Assembly: GCA_010015805.1 (NCBI GenBank)
Contig: ML978128.1
Coordinates: forward strand, 1,116,001-1,180,000
Length of the DNA: 64,000 nt
Origin: Rhizodiscina lignyota
Lineage: Eukaryota
Direction: 5' to 3'
Part shown: piece after piece, positions 1 through 14,646 of the stretch
How the letters are laid out: the number at the start of each line of letters is the position of its first letter
Position numbering within the stretch: position 1 is the first letter of the stretch
The notes under the pieces: model-generated
Database searches by the model: none
What the model was told of the DNA's origin: nothing
Seen by the model: the letters and a program-made list of their open reading frames with translations, nothing else
Program-made: the position numbers and the translations under genes

Positions 1-1226
1 ATCGCGCGGAACAAGATGGCACGCGCCGGGTCGCCCATCCACGTGTTGAACTGCCTGTACGGCTTGTTCGGCCTCAGCTCCTCGTTGCCGTAATAGTATC
101 CCGCGGCCTGCGCCTTCTTGCTGAACGTCACAATGTCGGGCGGGGCGTCGAGGTTCCAGTGCTCGTGCGCCCAGAACTTGCCGGTCGCGCCGACGCCCGT
201 CTGCACCTCGTCGACGATCATGAGGATGTCGTGCTTCTTCGTCAGGTCGCGCAGGCCCTGGAAGAAGGCGGGCGAGGCGTGGTTGTCGCCGCCCTCGGAC
301 TGGATGGGCTCGACGATGATGGCGGCGGGTGGGGCGTGCCACTCCTTGATCAGGCGCTCCGTCTCGTCGAGGCAGCGCTGCTCTTCGGCGGCGTTCTCAG
401 ACGCGTGCTCTTCGAGTGGGTACTTGAGCATTGGGAAGGGCGCCTGGGGCCAGTCGAAGGCGGGAATGTCGAGCTTGTGGATGGGCTTGGAGCGGGTGGT
501 GGAGAGACTGCCGAAGAGACGGCCGTGGAAGGCGGTTTTGAAGGAGAGGATGGAAAGCTCGGGCGAACCTGGCAGTGCGTTGTTCATAGCAGAGTTCATT
601 TCCTCCTGGGTGAACTCGACATCCGCACCACGCTGTTGGCGCCGCTTCCACATGAAGGCAGCCTTATAGGCGAGCTCGTTGGCATCACTACCAGTTGTGC
701 CGGTGAAGACTTGGTTCAGACCCTTTGGCGCGACGGACAGGATGCCAGTAGTGAGGATCTCAGCCCAGTCATTGCTAGGGAAGTTACCCAACGCAGGACG
801 ATTGACGATGTGTGAAGCCATCTCCGGGCTAGTAGCTGCCAGCAGCAATGTAGGGTTGTTATATCCAACTGGAATTGAGGCAATCTGGGCATAGACATCG
901 AGCAGGACGTTGCCGTCAGGGTCTGCGATGTAGTTGCCGTATGACTTGCGGTAGTCGGCCATCATATTCAAGCTCCTTGTGTCAAACACCTTGTTCAGCT
1001 GCTCGATTGCCGCCTGGCTCTTTGGCCCAGGGATGGCAGTAGCAACGGTAGGGCCCGCAGCCTCGTCCGGGAAGAAGGCTGTCTCAGTCATGCCTCCGTT
1101 TGAAGTCTTTGTTGCGGCGGCGGCGGATGCGTATGGGCGGGTGTGACGAGCAATTGAGGCGGTTCGGAGGCTTCTCATAGAAGCATTGCGGGCTGAAGAG
1201 CCCAGGACACGGAATGCGGACGTCAT
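1..1226 (-). CDS. UGA1: 4-aminobutyrate (GABA) aminotransferase, mitochondrial-type; 3' end runs off the window
   Basis: Manual minus-strand translation from ATG 1226: an Arg/Ser/Ala-rich presequence (MTSAFRVLGSSARN...), then DVYAQIASIPVGYNNP, FHGRLFGSLSTTRSKPIHKLDIPAFDWP, IVEPIQSEGGD, DEVQTGVGATG and VTFSKK (PLP lysine). Missing from the ORF track because it has no stop in the window. Confidence 0.95.
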   Translation of the reverse strand, partial: MTSAFRVLGSSARNASMRSLRTASIARHTRPYASAAAATKTSNGGMTETAFFPDEAAGPTVATAIPGPKSQAAIEQLNKVFDTRSLNMMADYRKSYGNYIADPDGNVLLDVYAQIASIPVGYNNPTLLLAATSPEMASHIVNRPALGNFPSNDWAEILTTGILSVAPKGLNQVFTGTTGSDANELAYKAAFMWKRRQQRGADVEFTQEEMNSAMNNALPGSPELSILSFKTAFHGRLFGSLSTTRSKPIHKLDIPAFDWPQAPFPMLKYPLEEHASENAAEEQRCLDETERLIKEWHAPPAAIIVEPIQSEGGDNHASPAFFQGLRDLTKKHDILMIVDEVQTGVGATGKFWAHEHWNLDAPPDIVTFSKKAQAAGYYYGNEELRPNKPYRQFNTWMGDPARAILFRA

Positions 1227-2398
1227 TTTGGATGTCGTACTAGTGACTTGGAGGATGTGAGTGGGTGGTCGACAGAGGTATGCTGCAGGGTGAGTGGAGA
1301 GAGGGGTAGCTTGATATCAATGGAGCTCCAGCTCCAATGGCAAGCCTGTGTCTTTGAAGCTGCAGCACGTGTGGCTTTGACGTGGAAAGAATCGCTGAAG
1401 CAATTGAAAGAAGCAATTGAGGCTGAGAAGTGAGCTTTAAGAGAAACGACAGGCCGATGTCATGGTGAGGGGCACGAGCGCACATCTCCGCCAGGGTTTC
1501 GAGCTTGCTCGCGGTTGACTCGGCCAAAGCTTAGCGTCATCTAAGCCAGAACGAGTCAATGCATGCGAAGGCAAATTAATTTTGATATCTTTTCACTCCG
1601 AGCTCCTACTCCGTGATAAGTGCTTCGTTCATGTTATAGCTATATTGACTCCGGAGTCGAGGCAATTGGCACGAAGCTGCAGAATTTCTGAGTTCCACGC
1701 ACTGGCCCGGAGTCACGCCATGTGCCACCATGACGGTTGAGATAGTTAGGAATCACTTTTACAGTTTGACAACTGCCTCCTCAAACCTGGTCATTTTGTA
1801 ATATATGTGACTTCTGTAAGTTATCGCCCAGCTTCTGAAGCACAATGAGATCTCGGCGGCTCTACGAACTCCCAAAGGCCGCGACGGCTCTCAGTTCAAA
1901 TTATGAGCTAGTTGGAAGTTTCTTAATTTCGGTGGACAGTCTCTAAGGAGGCAACATATGACAAGAGATGTGTCTCCTTACATTCGGTAACTGTCCTTAG
2001 AAACTGAATACTAAGCCGAAGAGTGTTCCGCCAGTGAGTTCAAGATTGAGGAACGCATGACTGTGCTGAAGACTCAGCAAACGATGGCCACCCGTCCGTG
2101 AACGATGTCGTATCTTAATCTAGGCAAAGATCTCACCTACTGAGATAGAGACGAAGCGCATTCGAAGAGTATTTGATGCACAGACTTCTATGTCCATGCA
2201 AGCGACTCGATAGGCATTCCCTTATCCAACTCTTACTCCATCGTCCAGACGTCTCTCCGTACTCCCCCGGACCCAAAAAACGTCCCTATTATCTACAATA
2301 ATCCGTACAGCAGATCCGGCCGTAATCCGTTCCAAGTGGTATCTCAAAAAGAAAAGGCATCAGACATACGAAAAGCCAGACGTCCCTGTACACAACTG

Positions 2399-4017
2399 TC
2401 AGAACCCATGAAATCTCACGTTCCTAGCTGACTGACCCCTACTATGCATGTGTAACACATCCTCATGCTGCGTCGGACTGCTTGGCGGTCTCGGGCCGCT
2501 CAGACTCCCTTCACGACTCCTACCTGCGGTCTGCGGTCTCGAGAAGTTCGTGTGCGTACTCGGCTGTCTCGAGATGTAGAAAGTGCCTTCCGGTATCCTA
2601 GGCGGCGGTGACGAGCGGCCAGTACCAGCAGTCCTCACTCTCTCCAACTCAGGTATTTCGTCCACTCTCGTTAGATTTGCGGTGCTGCGGGCTTCTTTAT
2701 CGCCAATTCCCCCAACCGTAGGGCCTCTGGGGATGCCCATCGTCTCAGCTGCTTTCGGCGACATTGACCTCAGGGGCACACCTCTTTCTGCGTCCCGATC
2801 AGGACTCTCTTCTTCAAAGAAAGTCATGCTTCTTCTGTTCATTCCTCTGGAATTCCTCTTATTAGAATTACTCGCCTCGGTGTCCTGCGATTCAAGGCCA
2901 TATGGGGAACGTTTGCGCTGCACTTGACCGAGTTGGCCAGATCTTTCCAGATTCGAATTTGATTGGTGATAGTCGCGGGAGTTAAATCCGACGCGTGAGA
3001 GACATGAACGAAAGAGTGGGCGAAGCGTCGCAAGGCTAACTGCAGTGATGCCAATACCCGGCTCGACGCCGGACCAGATGGCGACATCAACAGTCGCAAC
3101 TACTAGAGCGTTAGCTATATCCTCAGACACGACGGAACGAGTAACAGAAGTATGGAGACTGGAGACATACAGAGAAAGTCCTCCGTCTGAGTCAGACTAA
3201 CGAGGTACGGGACCCTCACTATCGTGGCAGTGCTTGCAAGCGCTCCAAGGCCCAGCACAATTGCCACGCCAAATCGCTTTTGGGTGCTCATTTTCAAATT
3301 CCACACGATGAAGATCGGCAATATGCCAAATACCCAATCTGTGACGATGCTGAGCCCACTCTGTGCGTAGGTTGAGTCCGCCGTCATGCCCGGGTTGCAG
3401 TGTCCATGATTCCTGGGATCGAACCGCGTCCAGAAGTACTGGACTGGAATGCATTGGAAGACGGACTGAAAGAAGTAATAGATATTGAAGATGATATTGA
3501 GGTATACGAGTGTCCATATGATCCAGCGGTGTGGCTTTTGAGTGGCGATGCGTAGGAGGAATGCTCCGACGGCGCATTTCAGGACAGCTGTGCACAAGAT
3601 GTAGAAAGTCTCGCACCACCACCATCCCATCAAGGCATTCCGGAGAGCTTTGGGAGTAAGGGCGGTTACGTGTTTTCCAGTGCCCCAGTGTGCCGCATAG
3701 AAGACGAAGCCGCCGAATGTTGTAAACAGGAGCTATGAATCTTAGCACTGTCTCTCCCGAAAAAATATAGCCTTCGCTGAAGGAGTGCTGGAGTCTATCA
3801 GACTGCCTCAAAGGCCGGCAGCTTCTATACCGGGCAGCTGAGCTAGTGGTGATATACTTACCAATGATATGAAGGTTAAGAGGTCATCCAAGCCAGGTGC
3901 CCTTAGTATACGTAACCGCACCCACGCGCGCATTGAAAACGATATCCAGGTCAGGCAAAGAAAAAGAATCATGCTCGCTTTGACCGCAGGCGAACGGTCA
4001 TCGTGTGCTAACGCCAT
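2399..4017 (-). CDS. PTH11-like (fungal rhodopsin-domain) integral membrane protein, no CFEM domain; 3 exons
   Basis: Exons 4017-3862, 3732-3171 and 3099-2399 join in frame through GTAAGT/GTATGT donors and CTAAG/CTAAC branch sites. Motifs: R..VR...GLDD, GTGKH, FQCIPVQYFW, TDWVFGILP..IVWNLKM, WSGVEPGIGITAVSLATLRPL. Confidence 0.9.
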
Positions 4018-6375
4018 CGTTTTCGCTTCGGAAAGGGAGACACGCCCACCAGGGCGGTGGAGCGCACCTGAGGAAGAGAGAACGCACCGCAGGTCAACAG
4101 CCCGTCAAAGACATGGAGAAAAGATGTTCCAAAGGAGAAAGAAAAAAGAGCGAAAAGGAGAAGAACTGCGGTCCGAGGGAAGATGTATATTTGCTGAATA
4201 TGATCAAGTAAGAGAAATACGAAGCGAAAAAATGATTTTACTGTTTTACCACATGGCGGACATGGGGATAGAGATTCGGCTCCAGGAACCCACGGGAATA
4301 CCAGGAGGACAGTAAGATCCTCAATCAATCAGAATTAAGCCTTGCTTCTCGAAAGACCGAGACATGGCTGTGGTTCATGCCTCCGTGCGCATCGTCCCCA
4401 TAATGGCAGCTTGGCGATGCCAAAGAAGCTTCGCCCTATCTCGCAAATCTGCAATATGGCCGTGATGACGGCACGCGAGGAGCGGCCGGTTCATGCGGAA
4501 GATGCATGTAGCGCGTTCCAAAGTGCAGCACTAGTGCACGGGTAAGCAGCACAATCATCACAACTGTAAGCTCTGGCTTTGAGGAGAGCGATGTCATAGG
4601 CGTAGTGATACCCCCGCAGCTTCTTACACATACAGACTCGCTTTCCGAGGGATTGCTGGGCTGGATTGGGACGAAGCAAGTCTTAGGCCGTGTTCTTTTC
4701 GCCTCTGCTGATGCGTCAACGTTTCTGAACTTCCTAGATCGCAGGGGGTGGAGCTGGATGTGTGAAGATTTGTTAATAACAGATGTCAAGAAACGCATTG
4801 AAGTCCGTTTAATGCCCACCAAAGAAGCTGTGGACCTTCCCTCAGAGGTATGTTCAATCAATACCACTAAGGCCCGCTCTTCAGCCTCAGGAACGGTGTT
4901 CAGTGGATAGGCCGAGGCTTATAGTCGTTTAGAGATGTCTCCCATTGTTCAGGTACGAGGGCCTTCCCGAAAGCGAAGGAGGATCCGTCCAACCCAGCGA
5001 AGTGGGACCTCGTGGAGATTTTCGACTTGCCCGCCCATCGGTAGGTCGGGCCTGCACCGCCTGCTTCGGCGCTTTTCAGTTTGCAATTAATTCGTCATAA
5101 ACAGCCGGCGGTCGCCGGCGAAAGTCCTGGATCAGGCATGGGTGATTGTTAGGCGGAGCTTGGGGAAGGTGTCGAGGTTTTGGATACGAAGCGAGCTCAG
5201 AGGCCGATCAGCGATTGCGCAACCCTTCTGCAGGGGCTGCGGTGGAGATATCCGGGTGGAATGAACCTGAAGCTTGGGAGCGCCTGGTAAGGCGTGGTAG
5301 GAGTAACGTTGCAACGTCGCGTATCGCGTGGCAATGCGTGGGAAATCTCTCTACCTGAAATTCGGGCGAGAGGAGTATGTACCGCTGTCAAGCATGCAGG
5401 TGGTGACAATTCTTCCACGTTTCAGATGATGGTGCACCGGACGTACTCCGGATACGCCTATCGAGCATTTGAGTGATTATCGTCTAATGAAATACCCCAA
5501 TAACGCAAGTGGCGGGTAATATCGAATGGAACTACGCTTTCTTGGTACGTGGAATAGGACCATTGCTGCGAGGATGGGTAAAACCAGATTGGGAATCATT
5601 CCAATCAGTCCATTCGGAGGAGCATATTCGCGTTTCAAGCCATCGCTAAAATACTGCGGGAAGAGAACCGCATACCGGGTTTAGAGTCTGGATAGATTGA
5701 ACTGACCAGTCCTTGCAGGCAGGCCATGTTTCGAAGCCGGAGTGAGGATATAGTTCGTCCGATATTCCCCTGAGTTATGCTAGCCATATATATCTCCGTG
5801 TCCGACAGTTGGAAAGTTAAAAAGTTGCCGTTGACCTTTGTCACACTGCCAACTCACAATGGCCGGCTGTGGTGATCTTCTGCGATGACAAGGCGGACGC
5901 AATGATGCCCAGGTTTACCCAACCCGCCTCCAGTCCAATGATGAAACATCATATCGTGAGACACACTTTTGATCACGGCATTGCAAAGATCTAAGAGAAA
6001 GAGAGAAAGGCCTTTTCTACAACACCGCAAGTCCTATGTCCTGTATCCCAAAGCATCGTCAAAAGTAAAAAGGCTCCCTCGCCGTGCTCGTGTAGAAGAA
6101 CAAAAAGTCAGAGCGGGACAAGAAGAGCATGAGCATGGAATGTTATATACGCGCCGTGCTATGCGAGGGTCCCTTAGTCCCACAACCGAGGGTCGTTTAA
6201 AAGAAAGACGTCGTAACATGAGATACTAACGGGAAAGCCGTGACTGCTCTCATGAAGGGGTTCGGTTTGGCAAATCTCGGTACAGCCAAGAAGTAATCCT
6301 GGCTAGACATGTCTGCTCCGCTGAAAATAAAGCCTCTCCCGCGCAATAGCTGAAAAGGCCGACCCTGATACGCAA

Positions 6376-8420
<2,045 letters not shown>

Positions 8421-9703
8421 GTTGAGAGCCGTTCCGCTGCGGACGCCGGCCGGCGATTCGGTGGAGGGGATGCGAAGACGAGCGACAACGAAGAGCGCGG
8501 GCGCTTCACGCGTGCGATCGATTGATCGAGACGGCGGAGGGTGGGTTACACTTCATGGAAGAGGTACGGAAGGGGAGGTACTTTCGAGGCGGTGGATGAT
8601 GAGCGGGTTGGCGATCTGGTGTGCCCAAAACGTACCCTAGCCTCCTCCCACGGGGCCTTGACGTCGGAGGAAAGGTAGGTGCGGGTTTGGTGGCGGGTGA
8701 TTCGTGAAGGGCGCCGCTCATTGATTGGCCACGAAGAGAGAGCAATTATCGCGCAAGCGCTCGATTGCGCTCACAGCAAGCAGTCGGACGGTGAAGAGGC
8801 GACAGTTTCACTTAATGCCCGAGGAAGAAAGCTGGTCTCTGTGTGTGCAGCAGTGCTTAACTAATGTCAGCCGGTCGCAATGACGTTGTCCCACTTGCGC
8901 CTCCCCTTTGCCGTGCATACGGAGTACATACATGCGCGATATCAGGTTTCTGGCCTGTCTCTGTTACCTTCACCTTGAGCTGGGGTAGCGCTGCGAGAAG
9001 ATGCAGAATGCTTGCCGCAAGAGATAGAAGAGTTGTTATATCATCCTTCAACACTTCCTTGTGAGCACACACTCTGTAGTCACAACGTCGAAACACCCTC
9101 ACACCGTCTCCGCTCAATTCCGCACCTTCACCGACCCTAAAACAGATACTGGACGTCACTTTTATGGGTATATCCATTGCAACGCCCACAAGGGAAGAGC
9201 CAGGTTGCTAAGTCATCTCTCGTCGTTCAATCATCTTTGCTGCCAATCAACCAAACTATCTCTATGCTTTATTGAAATGAATCTTATATAAGGCGAACGA
9301 GGAGTCCTTTCTATAAGTTTAATTCTGCAAATAGGAATGGAATGGACCGCAGCTCTCCTCCCACAACCGCATTTGGCTCCGTGCATAAACGAATTTAAAG
9401 TGTACCAAAGTACCTTGGATCAACTCCGCGTTCAACGAGCGAATCATGCCTGGAATTAATCAACAAAACTGCATTAATAGGTTACCGTTGGACTTCTTGA
9501 GACACGGCTATAAATCATAAGTAATAGTGCTCCTATATACCTAGGCTTGCCATTCCTTCTTCCTTTTTGTTTAGGTTCGGGTTCCCCACAAATACAGCCT
9601 CGTTCCATTGTGCGTCGTACGACCTCCGTCACAACGTATCATCACTATTAGTGTGCTCCGCATCTCAGATATCTCAGACCGCAATTTTGGCCTTGGCAGC
9701 ACA

Positions 9704-10693
9704 ATGGGGCCGTCACAGTCTTCTTTTTGTCCTCGTGAGGCAACGGATACCACAGTGCGAAATCCTGCGGACACTGACGAAAATACTACCACTTGCTCGA
9801 CAGCAGACAGAAAGCACGAATATCCAACGGAGGTAGGAGATCAAAAGGAGAAAGTCAAGGTTGCCCAATCATGTAACACTCTGTACCCCAGAGCATCGCT
9901 CCTTGGACTCCCACGCGAACTCCGAGATCTCATCCTGGACGAAGTCTTCAAAGAATTCCCTTCAAAATCACAACTCTCAAGAGCGGATGGGCTTTACCAC
10001 CGCAACATTCTGCTCGTATGCCGGAAACTCTATTATGAGGAACATCTGCATGCTTACCGAGAAGGCATATTTCTCATAGGTTATTCCAATTCTCCTTTGC
10101 GAAACACGCCGTTGCGGATGTCGATTCAACCACAACATGCATGCGAGGTTGACACGTTGTGGCTGCAAGCTGCATGTAGTTCGCATATCTCCATGGTATG
10201 GATGAAGGACCATCCATTTATCTCCAGAGCTCAAATAAATGCCATGGTCAAGGCTGGGTTGAGACCAAAGACACTCGTTATCCTAGCGGACAGCCACATT
10301 GACTGCAGCTACCCCTGGATTCTCAATTCTCATCCGTGTATGGGACAGATTTTGAAGCTATTTAATTTGGCAGAATACGCCACGGCAAGGTTGCCGACAA
10401 TTGAACGAATCGAACTCGGATTAGACCGGCCAAAGGACCTCAGGCAGGACGACACGACTGCCGTGGTACGGTATGCGGAGGCGTTTGCCTTTCATGCCGA
10501 TCTTGGATTCTGGAGCTGTGAGTACGAATTGCAGAAAGGAAACGTTACCCGCTGCCAACTCGATTATACGGTGGGAGTGAGACCTTCAAGGCTAGTAACT
10601 GTTTACATCTATCCTTCATGGGAAATGCTTTGGGTGGCCCGAACTCAGGGTGCGAAGAACATGGTCACGCTTGAAAAGGAATTACCATGGTAA
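9704..10693 (+). CDS. Hypothetical protein with F-box-like N-terminal motif
   Basis: Long ORF, first ATG at 9704. It contains SLLGLPRELRDLILDEVF...ILLVCRKLYYE, typical of lineage-expanded fungal F-box-like proteins. Confidence 0.65.
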   Translation: MGPSQSSFCPREATDTTVRNPADTDENTTTCSTADRKHEYPTEVGDQKEKVKVAQSCNTLYPRASLLGLPRELRDLILDEVFKEFPSKSQLSRADGLYHRNILLVCRKLYYEEHLHAYREGIFLIGYSNSPLRNTPLRMSIQPQHACEVDTLWLQAACSSHISMVWMKDHPFISRAQINAMVKAGLRPKTLVILADSHIDCSYPWILNSHPCMGQILKLFNLAEYATARLPTIERIELGLDRPKDLRQDDTTAVVRYAEAFAFHADLGFWSCEYELQKGNVTRCQLDYTVGVRPSRLVTVYIYPSWEMLWVARTQGAKNMVTLEKELPW

Positions 10694-11581
10694 CGCAGGT
10701 ACCTACTGTCAACAATCAACAGTCAGCAGCTACTTTTAAAAATCTAAGGTCACTAAAGTTTGTGTTGAAGCGAAAGAGGTTTGAGAGAAGAAATTCAAAG
10801 GAAACGGGATGTAAATAAAAGCGTGCCATCACTTAGCAGCCATGCACTCAGAATAGATCAGATAAAGCAAGCGGCTCACACACCTTCCGACACTTTCGAC
10901 CATTGTTTCATGATGTACGTCTGACGTACTCTTCAAGACAATATGTACGAGAAGGTTGTGGAACGATGTAAGACATTTTCTGAAGAACCACCTACCGTAG
11001 TATCGTGAAATGAACTCGACTCGAGCATAGCAGGGAGATGATCAAAATTGTTGTTTCATAAGGTAGGCAGCTCTCAATCTGTCTCTGCTCCTCTCGTTCA
11101 GTATAGAATCTAGCCTGATGAAAATGCTCTCCGCCGTAAGAAGGCGACGATGTTTCGGATCGTCTTATATGCAGCTAGACCGCTTCGGGGTCCGTTGTCG
11201 TGGCACGGGCGCCAGTATTGAGGCTGTTCAGCAACAGGGGGGTTCCCCTTCGCCACCTTCTCGTTCTCCTCACCCACTCTGCTCCTTCAATTCTCCTCCA
11301 CCACACTTGCAATCCGCTACATCTTTCGCACTCCGCCTTACCTTCGCTCTACCAGTCCCACGGTCGTTAAACTCGCGTTCGTTCACGTCATTTCCGTTTG
11401 TTGAGGGGAGCCGCCAGCTTGTTGATCGACACGACCCCAGTCAGCCACGAAAAACTACAACAACTTCACCGCAAAGCAGAGCACCCTAAAAGTCGTCGCT
11501 GAGCGCGCTCGAAGCCTCACCAGGACTTCTTAATACAGCACAGGGCCTCTTCAGGCTATCACAGATACGCTCGCTCACAAG

Positions 11582-12596
11582 ATGAGGCACTTCCTACTTC
11601 TCTCGTTGCTCCTGGTGCTCGTCGCGCTCGCTGCCGCGCGGCGGTCAGAGGAAAATGCGGCCGCACAAGGCTTGAATCACGCTTTCCAGAGACGACAAGA
11701 TAGTGGTAATTCGGGCAATTCAGACAATTCAGACAACTCTGATAACTCTGATAACTCCGATAACTCTGGTATGCTATCAACCAAAGTCATCGCTGTATCT
11801 TCCCGGTTTCACTAATTATAGATCTCAGACTCCTCCTCCTCCAGCGAAAAGCACTCGGCCACATCCTCGGACAAGTCTGCATCTGAAACCAAGTCCTCTG
11901 ACTCCTCATCCACCGGTGACAGCAAGTCAGCATCTGGCTCTCACAAGACCACCGATGCACCATCTCGAACCAGCCACAAGTCCGCCAAGACCACCGAGTT
12001 TGACCCGCGTCTCCCTGCCGGCGGTATCTCGATGATCACTCCTGCTGCCCTCTCCGGTGCAGAATACTACAAGATTGGCGATTGGGTCACTTTCGCTTGG
12101 AACTACACCTCTCTTTCCGTCACTCCGAAGCACATCGATGTGCTGGCTTCCTGCAGCGCGAACCAAGAGACTTACACTCTCGCTTTGAACCAGAGCGTTC
12201 ACCCGACTGGTGTCGTCCTTTGGGATACCGGCGCCTACCAGAAGACCGCTACTGTGCCACTCTTGACGGAGACATACACCCTGATCATCTTCGACGCACA
12301 GAGCTCGATCAGCGCATCGCCGAAGGCTGGTTATTTGGGTGTCTTCGACCAGTGGACTTTTGGGATGTACGTCCCGCAGCAGTACACACCACTGAGCGGT
12401 ATGTGCCCCCCCGTAAATGGTTTCCACTGCTTGCAGCTTCTAACATTGACATCAATTAGGCTTCAAGTGTGCCACCTGCGGCAACAGCGCTGCGATGAGC
12501 TCCATGGAGCGCCAGACCCTCGGGTTCCTTTTCGGCATGGCAACCATCACGGTGCTCACCTTCACTTGGTTCGCAAATAGCTTTGGCGTCTTCTAG
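11582..12596 (+). CDS. Conserved fungal secreted/membrane-anchored Ser/Thr-rich protein; 3 exons
   Basis: Signal peptide MRHFLLLSLLLVLVALAAA. Introns at about 11769-11821 and 12399-12459 (GTATG...TAG). Conserved-looking domain DPRLPAGGISMITP...YYKIGDWVTFAWNYTSL...FGMYVPQQYTPL, then CATC and a C-terminal hydrophobic helix. TAG ends at 12596. Confidence 0.85.
11699..11768 (+). repeat. Coding 9-bp tandem repeat (NSG/NSD x ~7)
   Basis: aattcgggc aattcagac aattcagac aactctgat aactctgat aactccgat aactctg in exon 1 of the secreted protein gene. Confidence 0.9.
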
Positions 12597-12939
12597 ACGA
12601 CGTGATACCTTGACTGGCTGTTTTCATTTACACATTCACTGTACCTACTTTCACAATGCATAAGGAAAAGGCGTATCGGCGGCGTTTGGACTTCACTTTG
12701 TATAAGGCGGGGGATACCGGGAAACTTGCTCGTTCTTGACAATCCTTCAAAATAGCATTGCGTGGGCAGGGCAAATTAACAAAGGGCATCAAGGGTCCTC
12801 TATAAGCAGTGGAACTAATGATGGATGGAATCACGAAGTGACCTTAATAGTAGCCTCTACAACCTAATACATGTCTTCGCAGCATAGTCACTGGAAAGTA
12901 AATTTGCGTGCAGTGTGTATCTTGTTGGAAGTGAAGCGA

Positions 12940-14405
12940 GTGAGCAAACTGGCCTGAAGAAGGGGAAGCCACTCAAACACCATGCCTCTGAATCTAGTGC
13001 ACGTTCGGTGGAAGAAGGTAAACAGGACAGCTTGGGCAACTCCGCGTACAGGGCGAGGTAGATGGAAGAAGGGATCCTCATATTTAACGTAAACCGAGCA
13101 ACTTAGCGAACTTATGCTCATACTACAAGATCAATGGCATCCAGCTCGAGTTCGTGGATGGGGGCAAGAGCACGAGGCGGTGGCTGTTCGTCACCAAATT
13201 TTATAAGATGCGGGTATATCTACTTCTGGGGTGCGAGGGAAAAGCGCCTGGAGGAGAGGTCAGTAAATCAGTTGGCTTTCTACATAAGCTAGAAGTTTAA
13301 GGGTGAGATTCACAAGCATCTTACACCCGACGAACTGAAGAACTGCCGAGACGTGGCACAAGAGGCCGAGAATGCAGGGCTTGTTACGCATGACTCTCTT
13401 GATGACTAGGCATTCACCTTGCCTCAATAACAGCTACCCATAGTGTGAGGCAGATAGACAAAAGGCCTCTAATTCATGCATCGTGCCTCGACGTATAGCA
13501 CAAGCTGTCTGGAAGAAAGTGAACTGCTGAAAATAGCGAGCGTCTGAACATAGCGTGAACCATCTTGGAGAAAGTAGAGTTATCAAACATACATGCCTGG
13601 GAACCTAGCGCCATCTGACTTGAACAAGGCGAGGCTACGAGAATGGTTTGTCTCTGAATACAGCGTGAGCTGGCTTGAAGAAGGTAAAGCTAACATGACA
13701 CCATGCTGCTGGGCATAGCTCCGGCAGACTTGAATGAGGTAAAGGTAGAAATATAGTGCATCTGCAGATACGAGACGAGCCGACTCGAAGAAGGAGAAGT
13801 TGCAAATGGAGCGTGTCTGCGGGCGTTGCGCGAGCCTTGATGAAGAGAGTGATGCTAGCGAAACTGGGTGCCTCCGACCACAGTGCGAGCTGACTCGAAG
13901 AACACGGAGCCAAGGAAGCACTACGACTTGAAATATCGGGCCAGCTGGCTCGAAGAAAGGTGAACGCATAAACATAGCGTTCCTTTAAATGTAGCGTGAG
14001 GTAGCTTTAAGAAGGCGAGGTCGCTGAGACAGCAGATCTTTACGTACCGGGCGAGCTGACTTGAAGGTGAAGCTACTGAAATAGTATACATATTGATACT
14101 GCGCAAGCTGTGCCGAACAAGGTAAAGCCGTAAATATGATATACCTATAAATACAGGAGGAGCTTGGGGGAAGAAGGTATGGCGAGTAAACTAGCTTGCC
14201 TCCACGCACAGAGCGAGCTGGGTTGAGGAAATGTGAGTCTATGAATGCAACACACCTACACATACAGGGTGAGATCGCTCGAAGGAGGGATAAAGTTGTA
14301 AGATTAGCGTGCCTACAAATACAGTACGGGCTGGTTTGAAGAAGATGAAGCCGGAGCAATAGCGTGCCTTCGCGAAAAGTGAGAGCTCAGCCGAAGAAAG
14401 CAAAA
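12940..14405. repeat. Diverged 55-bp tandem array (minisatellite): about 18 phased units at 13441-14405 plus about 3 at 12940-13085
   Basis: GAAGAAGG-like cores at 12956, 13011, 13065, then 13457, 13512, 13567, 13622, 13677, 13732, 13787, 13842, 13897, 13952, 14008, 14063, 14115, 14170, 14225, 14281, 14338, 14393. Approximate consensus YAGCGCGAGCTGRCTYGAAGAAGGTRAAGCTAnnAAnAYAGCRTGCCTnYRAATA. Confidence 0.9.
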
Positions 14406-14460
14406 AGTCAAGTAGGTTTCCCGTTTTGGCCGTTTGAGTGAAGGGCGTGACTTCGCGCCT

Positions 14461-14478
14461 TCACGCGTCATGACGCAT
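14461..14478 (+). promoter_or_regulatory. MCB-like (ACGCGT) and CRE-like (TGACGCA) motifs upstream of RAD26
   Basis: tcacgcgtcatgacgcat lies about 180 bp before the RAD26 ATG. MCB elements are common in fungal DNA-repair promoters. Function is inferred only. Confidence 0.35.
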
Positions 14479-14646
14479 CGGCCTTGGCATTTCCTTCACA
14501 TTGTCATCCGTTGTGAATAGTACAATAGAGCCCGCCAACCAGCCACCCAGCCACCTTCGACGCCCAGCCTCTCCTACGAAGGCTTTGCGCAACCTTCAAT
14601 CTTTCTTTTCCCATTTCTCTTTTATCTTCTCAGAACCTAGTACACC

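Noticed and set aside
118..898. Plus-strand ORFs of 183 and 218 aa
   Set aside because: Antisense shadows of the codon-biased GABA transaminase gene.
13583..14359. Short minus-strand ORFs with repeated SSSQLARY-like peptides
   Set aside because: By-products of the 55-bp repeat rotating through reading frames. Stops interrupt the frames and most of these ORFs lack an ATG start.
13441..14405. CRISPR array interpretation of the 55-bp repeat
   Set aside because: Eukaryotic context with no cas genes. The repeats are far from identical, and the 'spacer' halves still align to a consensus.
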